Shown in pieces: positions 39,671 through 50,051 of a stretch of 64,000 bases of DNA; within the stretch, counting starts at the first letter, position 1; each line of letters begins with the position of its first letter. The notes beneath the pieces are model-generated. The model saw nothing but the letters and a program-made list of their open reading frames with translations. It did not search any database and had not been told where the DNA came from. Position numbers and translations under genes: made by a program. The DNA comes from Acidilobaceae archaeon (lineage in GTDB: Archaea; Thermoproteota; Thermoprotei_A; Sulfolobales; Acidilobaceae): NCBI GenBank assembly GCA_038897215.1, contig JAWAWX010000001.1, forward strand, positions 768,001 to 832,000, read 5' to 3'.

Positions 39671-40569
39671 CTCGAGCCTCCCTTAATCACCACGTAGTGC
39701 AGGTAGACGTCCTCGACTCCCAGCTTCTCTGCTCTAAGACCCAGGCTCCTAGCTAGAGACTCTGCTTCTCTACAGCTCGAGAAGTAGAGTATAGTCGAGT
39801 CTCCGAGCTTTGCTCTCGCGTCAGTACTCAGCTCGCTCGCATCTACCCCCTCTTCTCTCACGACGACTCTGCACCCGTAGGGTAGGCTCTCGATGAGTCT
39901 TGTTGGAGTATCGTGCACGACGACTCTACCCTTATTTATTATCGCTATAGAGCTAGCAGCGAGCTCCGCCTCCCGTATGTCGTGAGTAGTCAGCAGCACA
40001 GTCCTCCCCTCTCGCCTCACCTCTCTCAAAGCCTTGAGGAGCTCGTGTTTCCCCTCTATATCGAGACCTGATGATGGCTCGTCGAGGAAGAATACCTCGG
40101 CTCCCGAGGCTAAAGCCATGGCTACAAGCACTCTCTTCCTCTGGCCCCCGCTCAGCTCTATTACCGGGACGTCTTTGATACTGGAGAGACCCAGGCGCTC
40201 GAGCCAGTACGATGTCTCTCTCTCAGCTCTGCTTAAGCTAAACCCTCTCACGACAAGATACCACTTGATCGCCTCTCTAGGAGTCCAGTACGCGTCAGGC
40301 CTCCCGTCTTGAGGAACTATAGCTGAGATCTCTCGAACCTTGTGAGGCTCCCTGAGTATATCGTAGCCATTGACGTAAGCTCTCCCCCCAGTGGGCTTCA
40401 AGAGAGTTGATAGAACACCCACGGTAGTAGTCTTGCCAGCACCGTTGGGGCCGAGAAGAGCACAGATTTCCCCGGCTCTCACATTCAGAGATACATCGAC
40501 TATGCCCCAAACACCTCTACTGTACTCCTTCGATAAACTCTCAGCTATAATAGAGTAATCGCGAAGCAT
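39667..40569 (-). CDS. ABC exporter ATPase
   Basis: GPNGAGKTT, LSGGQ, LDEPSSGLD and TTH motifs. Confidence 0.92.
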   Translation of the reverse strand: MLRDYSIIAESLSKEYSRGVWGIVDVSLNVRAGEICALLGPNGAGKTTTVGVLSTLLKPTGGRAYVNGYDILREPHKVREISAIVPQDGRPDAYWTPREAIKWYLVVRGFSLSRAERETSYWLERLGLSSIKDVPVIELSGGQRKRVLVAMALASGAEVFFLDEPSSGLDIEGKHELLKALREVRREGRTVLLTTHDIREAELAASSIAIINKGRVVVHDTPTRLIESLPYGCRVVVREEGVDASELSTDARAKLGDSTILYFSSCREAESLARSLGLRAEKLGVEDVYLHYVVIKGGSR

Positions 40570-40891
40570 AACCTAACTACCCCAAGTTATCCTCCGAGAG
40601 GGGAGAAGAGTTGAATTTAAATACGTTATAGACGACTCCACGCTAAATTGTTCCCTCTAGAGTGTTCGCTTGAAGAGTTGTAAACTAGACGACAGTTAGA
40701 TGGTATGGGAAATCGGCTTAGCTCCAAGGCATAGTCAGTCACGCTAGCTAAAAAAGTTCGTGCAACTCTACTATTCTCCCGTCACGCGCATAGAGACCCT
40801 TTATATAGCTTCAATCAAAAGCGTGTAGAAGCCTGTCTTTTCAAATCCAAGAGGTATCCAGGAGGATTCTCTGATACGGTGCTCTCCCGCC

Positions 40892-41167
40892 TTGTGCTCC
40901 CCGAGAGAGTGGGAGGAGGGGGGCTCTGAGCCTGTGGCAGAGCTCGACTCTAAGAAGGCTAGAGCTTCTAGGGTGTTTGACCGGAATCTCTACGGGCTCT
41001 ACCTAAGACTCAACGTGGTCTCCATGATGAGGTATGGTATGTGCTTTGCTCAACTCGCTCTATTCGAGAAAACTCGAGCTCTAGAGGTCGTGAGAGAAGT
41101 AGCTGGAGGCGAGGAATCCTCTAGAGTGCTCGCGGAGATCATGGAGTCTATCTTGATGAACGAATAG
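40892..41167 (+). CDS. Hypothetical protein (possibly a gene fragment)
   Basis: 91-aa ORF with host-like codons; no motif recognised. Confidence 0.35.
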   Translation: MCSPREWEEGGSEPVAELDSKKARASRVFDRNLYGLYLRLNVVSMMRYGMCFAQLALFEKTRALEVVREVAGGEESSRVLAEIMESILMNE

Positions 41168-41465
41168 TAGATACAAGGTTTTCAAGCTATCTAGAGTTAG
41201 CTCTCTCGCCTCAATGACGGCTCGGCAACCACTAGAGGCGGGAGAGTGTGTGCACTCTTCGAGACGGTCTCAGTGGTGGTAGCTGATGCGGCTCTCAATG
41301 ACTTCGCGAAAAGCGAGTTAGTGATAGGGAGGGAGTCTGTGTCGATAGCAACCAAGATAACCCAAGTAGCCAAGACGACCTGAGCATTGGATATGGGCAA
41401 CCACTATGTCAGGCATAGCGTAGACAAGCTGAGCTACATCATGCAAGCACCACCTAGCTGGGAGG

Positions 41466-41846
41466 CTACTCTCGGAGTCTTGCTTCGTGACTAGCAACAA
41501 TTTGCTTCTCTGTCTGCGACTGCTTCTCCTCTACACTCAGCTCCTCTGAGATCTTCCTGAGGAAGCTTACTGCTTCTCGGAGAGCCTCCCTTCCCTTCAT
41601 AGTCGCTCTGTATAGCGTCTCTCCGGTTGGTGACGTGTAGCGCTCTATGAGCCCTTCTCTCGTCATCTTGTAGAGTACGACGTAGGCTGTGACTGTAGCA
41701 ACGTCTATCGAGAATCTTTCTCTTATCTGTTTAAGCACATCGTAAGCTCTCATATCGCCCTCATCGACTAGAATCTTCACTACGTACATCCACAAATTCT
41801 CTACAGTAACCTTTTTCTTTAGTCTACTTAAAGCTTTAGTCTCCAG
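41466..41846 (-). CDS. PadR-family regulator; likely CTG start at 41846
   Basis: (M)ETKALSRLKKKVTVENLWMY...YVVLYKM.REGL...Y..T.KG. Confidence 0.82.
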   Translation of the reverse strand: METKALSRLKKKVTVENLWMYVVKILVDEGDMRAYDVLKQIRERFSIDVATVTAYVVLYKMTREGLIERYTSPTGETLYRATMKGREALREAVSFLRKISEELSVEEKQSQTEKQIVASHEARLRE

Positions 41847-41925
41847 AGGTCGTCCCGCTTGCTCTTTTATAGCGAGAAAAAGTTTTAAGTCTCCTATTCA
41901 CACTCGTAAAAGAGGGTTTGAGGAA

Positions 41926-43044
41926 ATGGGCATAAAGGTAGGTATAGTGGGAGTCGGTAACATAGCCTCTATGCTCGTCCAAAGCGTCTTCTACTACAAG
42001 AGCTTAGGTAGAGCAGATGGGCTTATTCACGAAGAGATAGGAAGGTACAGGGTTACCGACATAGAGTTCTCCTACGCTGTAGACGTCTCGAGAGAGAAAG
42101 TTGGGCGAGACCTGTCTGAGGCGATATTCGCGTACCCTAACCTAGTCCCTAAGATAGCGGAGGTCCCCAAGCTAGACGTCTATGTGAGGATGGGGAGAGT
42201 CCTCGATGGAGTCGCTCCCCACATGGAGGAGGACTTCAGACCGCTCAAAGCTCCAGAGCCCTCAGTTAGCGATATCGCTAGAGACCTCGAAGACTCTGGG
42301 ACAGAGGTCTTAGTCAACCTTCTGCCAGTAGGGAGTGAGGAGGCTACGCGCTTCTACGCTGAGGCGGCCGCTAGAGCTGGAGTAGCGTTCGTCAACGCTA
42401 TACCTGTCTTCGTTGCCAGCCATCCGAGCACGGTCCACGAGCTGTTCAGAGAGAGAAGAGCCCCCCTTTTAGGTGATGATATCAAGGGACAGCTGGGCTC
42501 TACTATAGTGCATAGAGCTCTAGCCAGCCTAGTCAGGATGAGGGGCGCTAAGCTAGTTGAGACATATCAGCTGAACGTGGGCGGCAACACGGACTTCAAG
42601 AACATGCTGGCTTGGGAGAGGCTGACGAGCAAGAAGATAAGCAAGACTATGGCTGTAGCCTCAACTCAGGAAGAGCCTCAGGCTTTGCTCAAGGAGGAGA
42701 GAGTTTTCGCGGGGCCCAGCGGCTACATACCTTTCCTGGGGAACACTAAGGTTTCCTATATGTACATGAAGGTCAGAGGCTTCGCGGGTCTCGATGTCGA
42801 GATCGAGGTTAAACTGAAGGTAGACGATAAAGCTATGGCTACAGCTGTTCTCGTAGACGTGATCAGGATAGCTAAGGTCCTGAGAGACGCTGGAATAGGA
42901 GGTAGCGTAGCCTGGGCTTCAGCATTCTACTTCAAGTACCCGCCTATCCAGACTAAGTCCGACTACGACTCACTCAAGATGCTCTACGAGGGGTTAGAGA
43001 AGCTAGGAGCTACTGCTAAACCGAGGCTACTAGAGTACTACTAG
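41926..43044 (+). CDS. ino1: myo-inositol-1-phosphate synthase
   Basis: GVGNIAS, LPVGSE, GDDIKGQLG and QLNVGGNTDF motifs. Confidence 0.93.
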   Translation: MGIKVGIVGVGNIASMLVQSVFYYKSLGRADGLIHEEIGRYRVTDIEFSYAVDVSREKVGRDLSEAIFAYPNLVPKIAEVPKLDVYVRMGRVLDGVAPHMEEDFRPLKAPEPSVSDIARDLEDSGTEVLVNLLPVGSEEATRFYAEAAARAGVAFVNAIPVFVASHPSTVHELFRERRAPLLGDDIKGQLGSTIVHRALASLVRMRGAKLVETYQLNVGGNTDFKNMLAWERLTSKKISKTMAVASTQEEPQALLKEERVFAGPSGYIPFLGNTKVSYMYMKVRGFAGLDVEIEVKLKVDDKAMATAVLVDVIRIAKVLRDAGIGGSVAWASAFYFKYPPIQTKSDYDSLKMLYEGLEKLGATAKPRLLEYY

Positions 43045-43737
43045 ATGTGGTCTCGAGAGGCTGTACTACGAGTGATCAGAGCAGACCTCCACATACACAC
43101 TATCGAGAGCGATGGCTCCATAGAGCCTCACGAAGTCGTTTCAGCGGCTAGAGCTAGAGGTCTCGACGCTGTAGCGATAACGGATCACGACTCGTTCAGA
43201 GGAGCTCTGGTAGCGCAGAGATACGCTAGGCTACACGAGGACAAAGTCCTAGTCTTGGCTGGAGCAGAGGTCACCACAGACTGGGGTCACATCATAGTCT
43301 TGTGTGAGAAGCCTCCCAGGTGGAGCTCGAGCCTCCCAAGCGACCCCCATGAGCTTAGAGACCTAGCCACTCTAGACAACTGCCTGCTGACCGCACCCCA
43401 CCCATTCGACTACACTCGGAGAGGCGTGGGAGCCAGGATCTTTAGGGAGAAAGGCTTCTTCGACGGTGTAGAGTTGTGGAACGCGAGCAGCCTCCCAGTC
43501 TTCAACCTGCCAGCACTCCTGCTAGCCGAGAGGCTTGAGGCCTCTTGGCTAGCTTCTAGCGATGCTCATGTGCTCGAAGAAGTTGGCGGAGCGTACACGC
43601 TCATAGACTCCCAAGACCGTAACGCGGACTCCCTACTAGAAGCTATGAGAAGGAGGAGGACAGCCCCCTATCCCGGAGTTCTCGGTCTTAGAGCCCGCTT
43701 AGTTAGGATATCTTGGAGTATCAGCAGGAGGATGTGA
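43045..43737 (+). CDS. PHP domain phosphoesterase
   Basis: DLHIHT..SDG, ITDHD, HP and SDAH motifs. Confidence 0.9.
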   Translation: MWSREAVLRVIRADLHIHTIESDGSIEPHEVVSAARARGLDAVAITDHDSFRGALVAQRYARLHEDKVLVLAGAEVTTDWGHIIVLCEKPPRWSSSLPSDPHELRDLATLDNCLLTAPHPFDYTRRGVGARIFREKGFFDGVELWNASSLPVFNLPALLLAERLEASWLASSDAHVLEEVGGAYTLIDSQDRNADSLLEAMRRRRTAPYPGVLGLRARLVRISWSISRRM

Positions 43738-43808
43738 TAGCGCGACTGCTACTCTCACAACATTCTCTTAAATCCTAGAGTACCCCCTCGAGAAGCAAGG
43801 GGGGAGGT

Positions 43809-45347
43809 CTGAGGCTCAGAGTAGCAGTGTTAACAAGCGTTACCGCGAAGCCCGTGATAGAAGCGTTGCTGAGAAGCTACGAGTCTAGGAGCGCTCTAGA
43901 GGTGGAGGTTATAGCTCTCCCTGTTCACTCGATCGCTGCTCACACAGCCGAGTCTATCAGGAGGCTAGTCGAGAAGATTCCAGGGCTCCGCAACAAGCTC
44001 AGAGAGTTCGATGTAGTCATGGTTCCGGGAACAGTAGAGGGGGACCTCTCGGTTCTAGAAGCTAGCTTGGCTAAGCCGAGGGTAGTCAAGGGGCCTAGGT
44101 CTCCAGCTCTCATATCGGTAGCGCTTAACGCTATAGCTCAAGGGCTAGAGCTGAGTAGAGTCGAGTCTGTAGAAGAGCATCTCAGGCATCTCAAACTAGA
44201 GGCTGAACGCGCTCAATATACTGAGGCATTCAAGATAGGGGCTATCTCAGTGCCTCTCAGAGGGCCTCCCATGCTTCTAGCCTCAGAGATCCCCTTCGAG
44301 TGCCCTAGAGAGAGGCTTGAGAGAGAAGCTAGGAGAGTTAGCTGGGAGGGAGCGGATATAGTGGTAGTAGGCGCATCCTACGAGGCTAGCTCAGAGGAGC
44401 TTGCTGAGAGAGTAGCAGTGGTGAAGAGGTCTACGGGGAGGCCCGTCTTAGCCGAGGCTCCGAGCGTGGAGCACGCTGAGAAAGCTCTAGTAAGCGGGGC
44501 TGATGGCGTTCTAGTCGCTGCGAGTACTGCTAGAGAGCTCTCCGAGACTCTTAGAGCCGGCGTGGAGCCCGTTATCGTTATCGGAGACAGAGACTTGAGA
44601 GCCTTGGAGAACGCTGCCCGAGTTCTAGCCGAGAGGGGATTCACGAAGATAGCTATTGACCCCGTTGTGGGAGTCCCCCTCTTCGACCTAGCCTCCTCCA
44701 TGTCTAGGTATCTTGGAGCCGCTTCTCTCAACTACCCTCTCGTATTCTCTGCTTCAAACGCTCTAGCAGAGCTCCCCGCTGACACTCATGGAGCTCAAGC
44801 ACTACTAGCCATGATAGCGGCCGAGCTGAGAGCATCGATATACTCGGTCGTAGATAGAGAAGGGAGACTGGCCCACGCTACAGCAGAGGCTAGAGAAGCT
44901 CTCAGAGTAGCCCACGAGATACACTCTGGAAGAAGGGTAGCTGAAACCAGCGGGCTCTTCATCGTCAAGAGCCCCACACCCCCGGTCTCCGAGAAGCTCC
45001 CCTATAGCGCAGAGCTAGTCGACTACGTGGAACCCAGATGGGATAAGAGAGGCTATTTGAGGATACTCGTAGACCACGATGAGGGGGTTCTAGTAGCATA
45101 CTATATAGAGTACTCTGGGAGAGTCTATGGGGTTAAGGGGAGGCATGCGATGAGCGTAGCTAGAGGTCTGATAAGGCTGACCGGAATAGACTCAGAGCAC
45201 TCAGCATACCTAGGCTACGAGCTAGCTAAAGCCGAGCTAGCCCTCAAGCTGTCGAAGAGCTATATTCAAGACGAGGACCTACTCGGCACGCCGTGGAGTA
45301 GAAAAGAGGGAGTAGCTTCAAGAAGAGACTCGGGGGTGTCTTCGTGA
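43809..45347 (+). CDS. Archaeal dihydropteroate synthase-like protein (with DUF4346 C-terminus); likely CTG start at 43809
   Basis: VMVPG, GADIV, DPV, N..EL.ADT.G and HSAYLGYELAKAELAL...YIQD motifs. Confidence 0.8.
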   Translation: MRLRVAVLTSVTAKPVIEALLRSYESRSALEVEVIALPVHSIAAHTAESIRRLVEKIPGLRNKLREFDVVMVPGTVEGDLSVLEASLAKPRVVKGPRSPALISVALNAIAQGLELSRVESVEEHLRHLKLEAERAQYTEAFKIGAISVPLRGPPMLLASEIPFECPRERLEREARRVSWEGADIVVVGASYEASSEELAERVAVVKRSTGRPVLAEAPSVEHAEKALVSGADGVLVAASTARELSETLRAGVEPVIVIGDRDLRALENAARVLAERGFTKIAIDPVVGVPLFDLASSMSRYLGAASLNYPLVFSASNALAELPADTHGAQALLAMIAAELRASIYSVVDREGRLAHATAEAREALRVAHEIHSGRRVAETSGLFIVKSPTPPVSEKLPYSAELVDYVEPRWDKRGYLRILVDHDEGVLVAYYIEYSGRVYGVKGRHAMSVARGLIRLTGIDSEHSAYLGYELAKAELALKLSKSYIQDEDLLGTPWSRKEGVASRRDSGVSS

Positions 45348-46327
45348 GAGTAGTCGCCAGCGCTCCAGCTAAAGCCATACTTTTTGGCGAGCACTTCGTA
45401 GTCAAGGGGTCTAGAGCAATAGCCACAGCTCTAAGTCTGAGAGCTCAAGTGATAGTAGAGGAGGTAGCTGGAGACAGCGTAGTAATCGAGAGCGAGAGCC
45501 TGAGCGAGACGTGGAGACTCAGTGTGAGAGAGCTTAGAGGAGAGTCTAGGGAGGAGGAACTCTTCGCTTCTCTACTCAGAGCACTAGTGAGCCGCGGGTT
45601 CAGCATAATACCTCACAGAGCAGTGATTAAGAGCGAGATCCCCGTAGCAGCTGGTCTAGGCTCGAGCGCGTCTGTAGCGGTCGCTTACGCTCTAGCATAC
45701 TCTAGACTCCACGGGAGTACTCTCAATGAGAGAGAGCTCTTCGAAGTAACCCTAGAGAGCGAGAAGGTAGCTCACGGGAGACCAAGCGGTATAGACAATA
45801 CTATAGCTATTCGAGGAGGCACTATAGCCTATAGGAGAGGCGAGGAGCCATCTCGAGTTAACGTGAACATCGATAAGCTTTCCAAATACCCCCTCATAGT
45901 GATGGACACTGGAGTGAAGAGGTCTACCAGAGTGGTGGTAGAGCACGCTCTAAGCCTAGCTGAGAGAAACTGGAGCGTGCTCAAGCACGTGTATGAAGCA
46001 GCAGAAGCTCTAGTTTCGGAGGCTATGAGAGCTCTAGAGGAGGGCAATGCTGAGAAAATAGGAGAACTTATGAACATAAACCACGGGCTACTTTCAGCAA
46101 TAGGAGTCTCTAGTCTCGAGCTGGACAGCCTAGTCAACAAAGCCAGACTCTGTGGAGCAATAGGAGCAAAGCTCACTGGAGCAGGATGGGGGGGAAGCGC
46201 TATAGCGATAGCATTAGCTGACCACGTAGAGGCGATCGTGGACTGCGTGAAGACCTCAGCTAGACGTGTTCTACTAGCGTCGATTCACAGCCCAGGGGCT
46301 AAAATAGAAGAGTCGGATAATCCTTAA
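45344..46327 (+). CDS. mvk: Mevalonate kinase
   Basis: PAKAILFGEHFVV, GLGSSAS, HGRPSGID and AKLTGAGWGG motifs. Confidence 0.94.
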   Translation: MRVVASAPAKAILFGEHFVVKGSRAIATALSLRAQVIVEEVAGDSVVIESESLSETWRLSVRELRGESREEELFASLLRALVSRGFSIIPHRAVIKSEIPVAAGLGSSASVAVAYALAYSRLHGSTLNERELFEVTLESEKVAHGRPSGIDNTIAIRGGTIAYRRGEEPSRVNVNIDKLSKYPLIVMDTGVKRSTRVVVEHALSLAERNWSVLKHVYEAAEALVSEAMRALEEGNAEKIGELMNINHGLLSAIGVSSLELDSLVNKARLCGAIGAKLTGAGWGGSAIAIALADHVEAIVDCVKTSARRVLLASIHSPGAKIEESDNP

Positions 46328-46469
46328 AGCCAGTGAAAGATACCCACGAGAGCTCCTGATATTAGCAGACTAGATTAAAGCTGAGTAAACCTTTTAAACC
46401 TCTCCTCTCTAAAGTATATAAATGTAGCGGGGTGTGTGGCGGAGGGTAACGTATTTAGGGGTGGGAGAA

Positions 46470-47441
46470 ATGGGGGCTAAAGAAGTGATCAACGAAGAGT
46501 TAAGGAAGGGGGGCTCGGAGGAGGTAGAGTGTCCTCCAGACAAGATAGTCTACGACCCTCAGAGAGGAGTAAGGGTATGTATTGAGACAGGAGAGGTTCT
46601 AGAGGAGTCAGTGATATCTGATGAGAGCGAGTGGAGAGCGTACACGGCAGAGGAGAAGATGAAGAGAGCTCGAGCAGGTGGCGCCGTCTCGTTCGCTAAG
46701 CCGCACATGGGGATAAACGTAGACGTCGGCCCGATCAGAGAGCCTGGAGGGAAGAGGATCAGGGGGCTCTCGAAGAAAGCGGAAACTTTAAGGGTTCAAA
46801 AAACCTTTAGGCTCAACAGAGTCACGTCAAGCATAGAGAGAAGCATCGCTCAAGCTCTAATGCTTCTCGACGAGCTGGTAGCGAGACTGGAGCTCCCTGA
46901 CTCAGTCAAGGAGGAAGCGGCGAGGATCTACAGAGAGGCGGCCGAGAGAGGGATCACTAGAGGGAGGAGCATGGACGCGGTCGTGGCAGCATGCCTCTAC
47001 ACCTCCTGCAGAAGACACAGGATACCCTGCGGCATAGACGATATAGTGAAGTATCTCAGAGCAGGCAACGAGGTCGAGATCAGGAGAGAGATCGCTAGAA
47101 CCTACAGAGTGCTGATCAAAGACTTGAACCTAACGATACCTGTGATAGAGCCTGAGAGATTCGTCTACAGGATAGCGAGCGCTCTCAACTTGCCGGAGCC
47201 CGTGGTGGTCGATGCGATCAGAATCTTGGCGGAAGCTAGAGGCAAGGGGATATCCTCAGGCAAAGACCCCAGCGGTCTAGCAGCGGCAGCAGTCTACATA
47301 GCAGCGCTCAAGCACGGCTATAGGAGAACACAGAAGGAGATAGCCACAATCGCTGGAGTAACCGAGGTCACTGTGAGAAACAGGTACAAGGAGCTAATAG
47401 AGTCAGTTGGAGAGGCGAGAGAAGTAGTCAGGATAGAGTAA
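46470..47441 (+). CDS. tfb: Transcription initiation factor IIB
   Basis: CPPDKI...C.ETGEV, EWRAY, RGRS, GKDPSGLAAAA and GVTEVTVRNRY motifs. Confidence 0.96.
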   Translation: MGAKEVINEELRKGGSEEVECPPDKIVYDPQRGVRVCIETGEVLEESVISDESEWRAYTAEEKMKRARAGGAVSFAKPHMGINVDVGPIREPGGKRIRGLSKKAETLRVQKTFRLNRVTSSIERSIAQALMLLDELVARLELPDSVKEEAARIYREAAERGITRGRSMDAVVAACLYTSCRRHRIPCGIDDIVKYLRAGNEVEIRREIARTYRVLIKDLNLTIPVIEPERFVYRIASALNLPEPVVVDAIRILAEARGKGISSGKDPSGLAAAAVYIAALKHGYRRTQKEIATIAGVTEVTVRNRYKELIESVGEAREVVRIE

Positions 47442-47444
47442 AGC

Positions 47445-47521
47445 TGGTGGGCCCGGGGGGATTTGAACCCCCGACCACCCGGTTATGAGCCGGGCGCTCT
47501 GCCGGGCTGAGCTACGGGCCC
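47445..47521 (-). tRNA. tRNA with CAT anticodon, most likely tRNA-Ile2 (agmatidine type)
   Basis: GGGCCCG acceptor, A73, CCCGG-CT-CAT-AA-CCGGG; lacks the initiator A1-U72 pair; encoded CCA. Confidence 0.88.
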
Positions 47522-47576
47522 CCCTTGGCTCTAGAGTTAGCTAGAGTGACCTTTAAATATATTTCACGAGGCTCTT

Positions 47577-48824
47577 CTAGACTTTCCAGCTCTCTAGGTA
47601 TACTCTCTGCTCTTCTGTCAGCTCGTCTATCTCTATTCCTAGCGCTTCTAGCTTGAGTCTCGCTACTCTCTCGTCTATCTCAGCGGGGACATCGTATACT
47701 CTCGGCTCTAGCTTTCCCCTCTTCTCTTTGAGGTAGAGGATCGAGAGAGCTTGGTTAGCGAAGCTTAGGTCCATGACCTCGCTCGGGTGCCCCTCTGCTG
47801 CTACTAGATTGACTAGCCTGCCCTCTGCTAGCAGATACACTTTCTTCCCGTTGGGTAGAAGGTACTCCTCCACATTAGGTCTGACTACTCTCACTCTGAC
47901 GGCTAGCTTCTTCAAGTCTTCTACACTCACCTCTACGTTGAAGTGCCCAGCGTTAGCTAAGACTACGCCGTCTTTGGCTTCTAGCACGTGCTCTCCTCTA
48001 ACTACCCCGATGTTTCCCGTGGCTGTCACTACTAGGTCTGCTACTCTGATGGCTTTCTTCATAGGCATCACCTCGAAGCCATCCATTAAAGCCTCGAGAG
48101 CCTTGATTGGGTCTACCTCGGTCACGATCACTCTAGCTCCCATGCCTCTAAGCCTCATAGCTATGCCTCTCCCAACCCACCCATAGCCAGCGACTACAGC
48201 GACCTTCCCCGCTATCAGCATATTCGTGGCTCTAAGGATCCCGTCTACTGTGCTTTGCCCTGTTCCATACCTGTTATCGAAGAGGAACTTGGTTCTCGCA
48301 TTGTTAACTGCTATGACTGGGTAGAGTAGCCTCCCCTCTCTCTCGAGAGCCTTCAGCCTGATGACTCCAGTAGTTGTCTCCTCGGTTCCTCCTCCAAGGC
48401 TTTCAGCCACGTTTCTGAACTCTTCGTGTAGCATTACGTGCAAGTCTCCCCCATCATCTATGACGAAATCTGGATGCTTTGAGGCAATAGCTCTGATCGC
48501 GTTGAAGTAGTCCTCAGTACTCATACCTCTCCATGCAAAAACGTGGACCCCCTCCTCTACTAGAGCAGCAGCTACATCGTCTTGAGTTGAGAGAGGATTG
48601 GAGGCCGCCAGATAGACCTCCGCGCCCCAGGATGCAAGAGTTCTAGCTAAGACTGCTGTCTCCTTGGTTACATGGAGGCACGCTGAGATCCTCACGCTCT
48701 CCAGAGGCTTCTTCTCCGCCAGTCTCCTAGCTAAGCTCACTAGAACCGGCATGTTTCTCTCAGCCCACTCTATCTGAGCGCGGCCGCTTGGAGCTAGGCT
48801 CGGGTCTCTTATCTTGAACTCCAC
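47577..48824 (-). CDS. ahcY: Adenosylhomocysteinase
   Basis: [24 protein letters not shown] and GHPSEVMD motifs. Confidence 0.97.
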   Translation of the reverse strand: MEFKIRDPSLAPSGRAQIEWAERNMPVLVSLARRLAEKKPLESVRISACLHVTKETAVLARTLASWGAEVYLAASNPLSTQDDVAAALVEEGVHVFAWRGMSTEDYFNAIRAIASKHPDFVIDDGGDLHVMLHEEFRNVAESLGGGTEETTTGVIRLKALEREGRLLYPVIAVNNARTKFLFDNRYGTGQSTVDGILRATNMLIAGKVAVVAGYGWVGRGIAMRLRGMGARVIVTEVDPIKALEALMDGFEVMPMKKAIRVADLVVTATGNIGVVRGEHVLEAKDGVVLANAGHFNVEVSVEDLKKLAVRVRVVRPNVEEYLLPNGKKVYLLAEGRLVNLVAAEGHPSEVMDLSFANQALSILYLKEKRGKLEPRVYDVPAEIDERVARLKLEALGIEIDELTEEQRVYLESWKV

Positions 48825-48952
48825 TCGATACCAGCCTCCTCAGAGGAGAACTCTCTAGTCTCTAGTAAATAGCTTAACTGTAGCGGCATGAAGAGCGTGG
48901 AGTCGATAGAATTTAATTTCCCCTAGCGGAGCCCAAAGACTCGGTGCTTGCG

Positions 48953-49327
48953 GTGGGCGGTAGGAGGAAGAGGAGGAAGATTAAGAGGCAGAAGCAGGTA
49001 GCTAGAGTTCTGAGAACCAGATACTTCACGTGCCCTTCGTGTAACGAGTACACACTGACGATCGATATCGCTAGGTCGAAGGACGGGTCTAGGCTAGCTG
49101 TAGTCAAGTGCGGCACCTGCGGTCTCTACTGCGAGCTTCCAGTATCCGAGATAGAGGAGACAGTGGACGTCTACAACAAGCTATCAGACTGGGCTTACGA
49201 GGGGAGACTAGAGGAAGCCTGTAGCGTGAAAGCTCCTCAGATGGCAGAAGAGGAGGCTGAAGAGGCTCTAGCAGAGGGCGAGGAGCTTGAGGAGAGTGCT
49301 TGGGAGCCTTCTAGAGAAGAAGAGTAG
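48953..49327 (+). CDS. elf1: Transcription elongation factor Elf1
   Basis: Basic N-terminus GGRRKRRK; FTCPSC...CGTCG Zn ribbon; VDVY; acidic tail. Confidence 0.85.
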   Translation: MGGRRKRRKIKRQKQVARVLRTRYFTCPSCNEYTLTIDIARSKDGSRLAVVKCGTCGLYCELPVSEIEETVDVYNKLSDWAYEGRLEEACSVKAPQMAEEEAEEALAEGEELEESAWEPSREEE

Positions 49328-50051
49328 AGGAGAGAAGATACACTTCACGCTAATAGACCCGGATAAGTGCGGACCTCGAGAAGCAGAGAAGATAGCGGAG
49401 ATAGCTACTAGAGCTGGTACAGACGTCTTCCTAGTAGGTGGTAGCCTAGGCGTCTCCCCAGAGAACACGGATGCTGTCGTGAGAGTCTTGAAGAGCTTCG
49501 AGCGCCCTGTAGTGATATTCCCCGGGGCTCTCAACAACGTCTCTAGGCACGCAGACGCAGCCCTCTTCTTGACCGTACTCAATAGCGATGACCCCTACTA
49601 CCATGGGATAGCTCAGGTTCAGGGAGCGATGATAGTCCTATATCATAACATAGAAGCGATACCAACGTGTTACATCATAGTAGGCTATGGAGGCACAGCG
49701 GGTTACATACTAAGAGCTAGACCGTTGCCTCTAGAGAAGCACGACTTGATAGCGGCTCACGTGCTAGCCTGCTCCATGATGGGGAATCAGGTCATCTACC
49801 TAGAAGCTGGAAGTGGAGCACCTCAACACGTCCCACCCCAGGCTGTCAGCCTATCCAAGAAGCTCTTGATGAAAACAGGTCTAGACCCTATCCTCATAGT
49901 GGGGGGTGGCATAAGGACTCCTGAGGCGGCTAGAGCACTAGCCGAAGCTGGAGCAGACGGGATAGTCACAGGGACTATAGCTGAGGAGAAGCCGGAGCTC
50001 TTACTCGAGATAGTCGGTGCATTCAAAGGGATAAGGTCCAGTGAGGGGTAG
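49287..50051 (+). CDS. Geranylgeranylglyceryl phosphate synthase
   Basis: HFTLIDPDK, VGGS, YLEAGSGA and VGGGIR motifs. Confidence 0.93.
   Translation: MRRVLGSLLEKKSRGEKIHFTLIDPDKCGPREAEKIAEIATRAGTDVFLVGGSLGVSPENTDAVVRVLKSFERPVVIFPGALNNVSRHADAALFLTVLNSDDPYYHGIAQVQGAMIVLYHNIEAIPTCYIIVGYGGTAGYILRARPLPLEKHDLIAAHVLACSMMGNQVIYLEAGSGAPQHVPPQAVSLSKKLLMKTGLDPILIVGGGIRTPEAARALAEAGADGIVTGTIAEEKPELLLEIVGAFKGIRSSEG

Noticed and set aside
46470-46620. TFB lacking a four-Cys zinc ribbon
   Set aside because: The CPPDK...C.ETG form is normal for crenarchaeal TFB.
47445-47521. Call as tRNA-Met
   Set aside because: The GGGCCCG acceptor fits archaeal tRNA-Ile2, and initiator features are absent.
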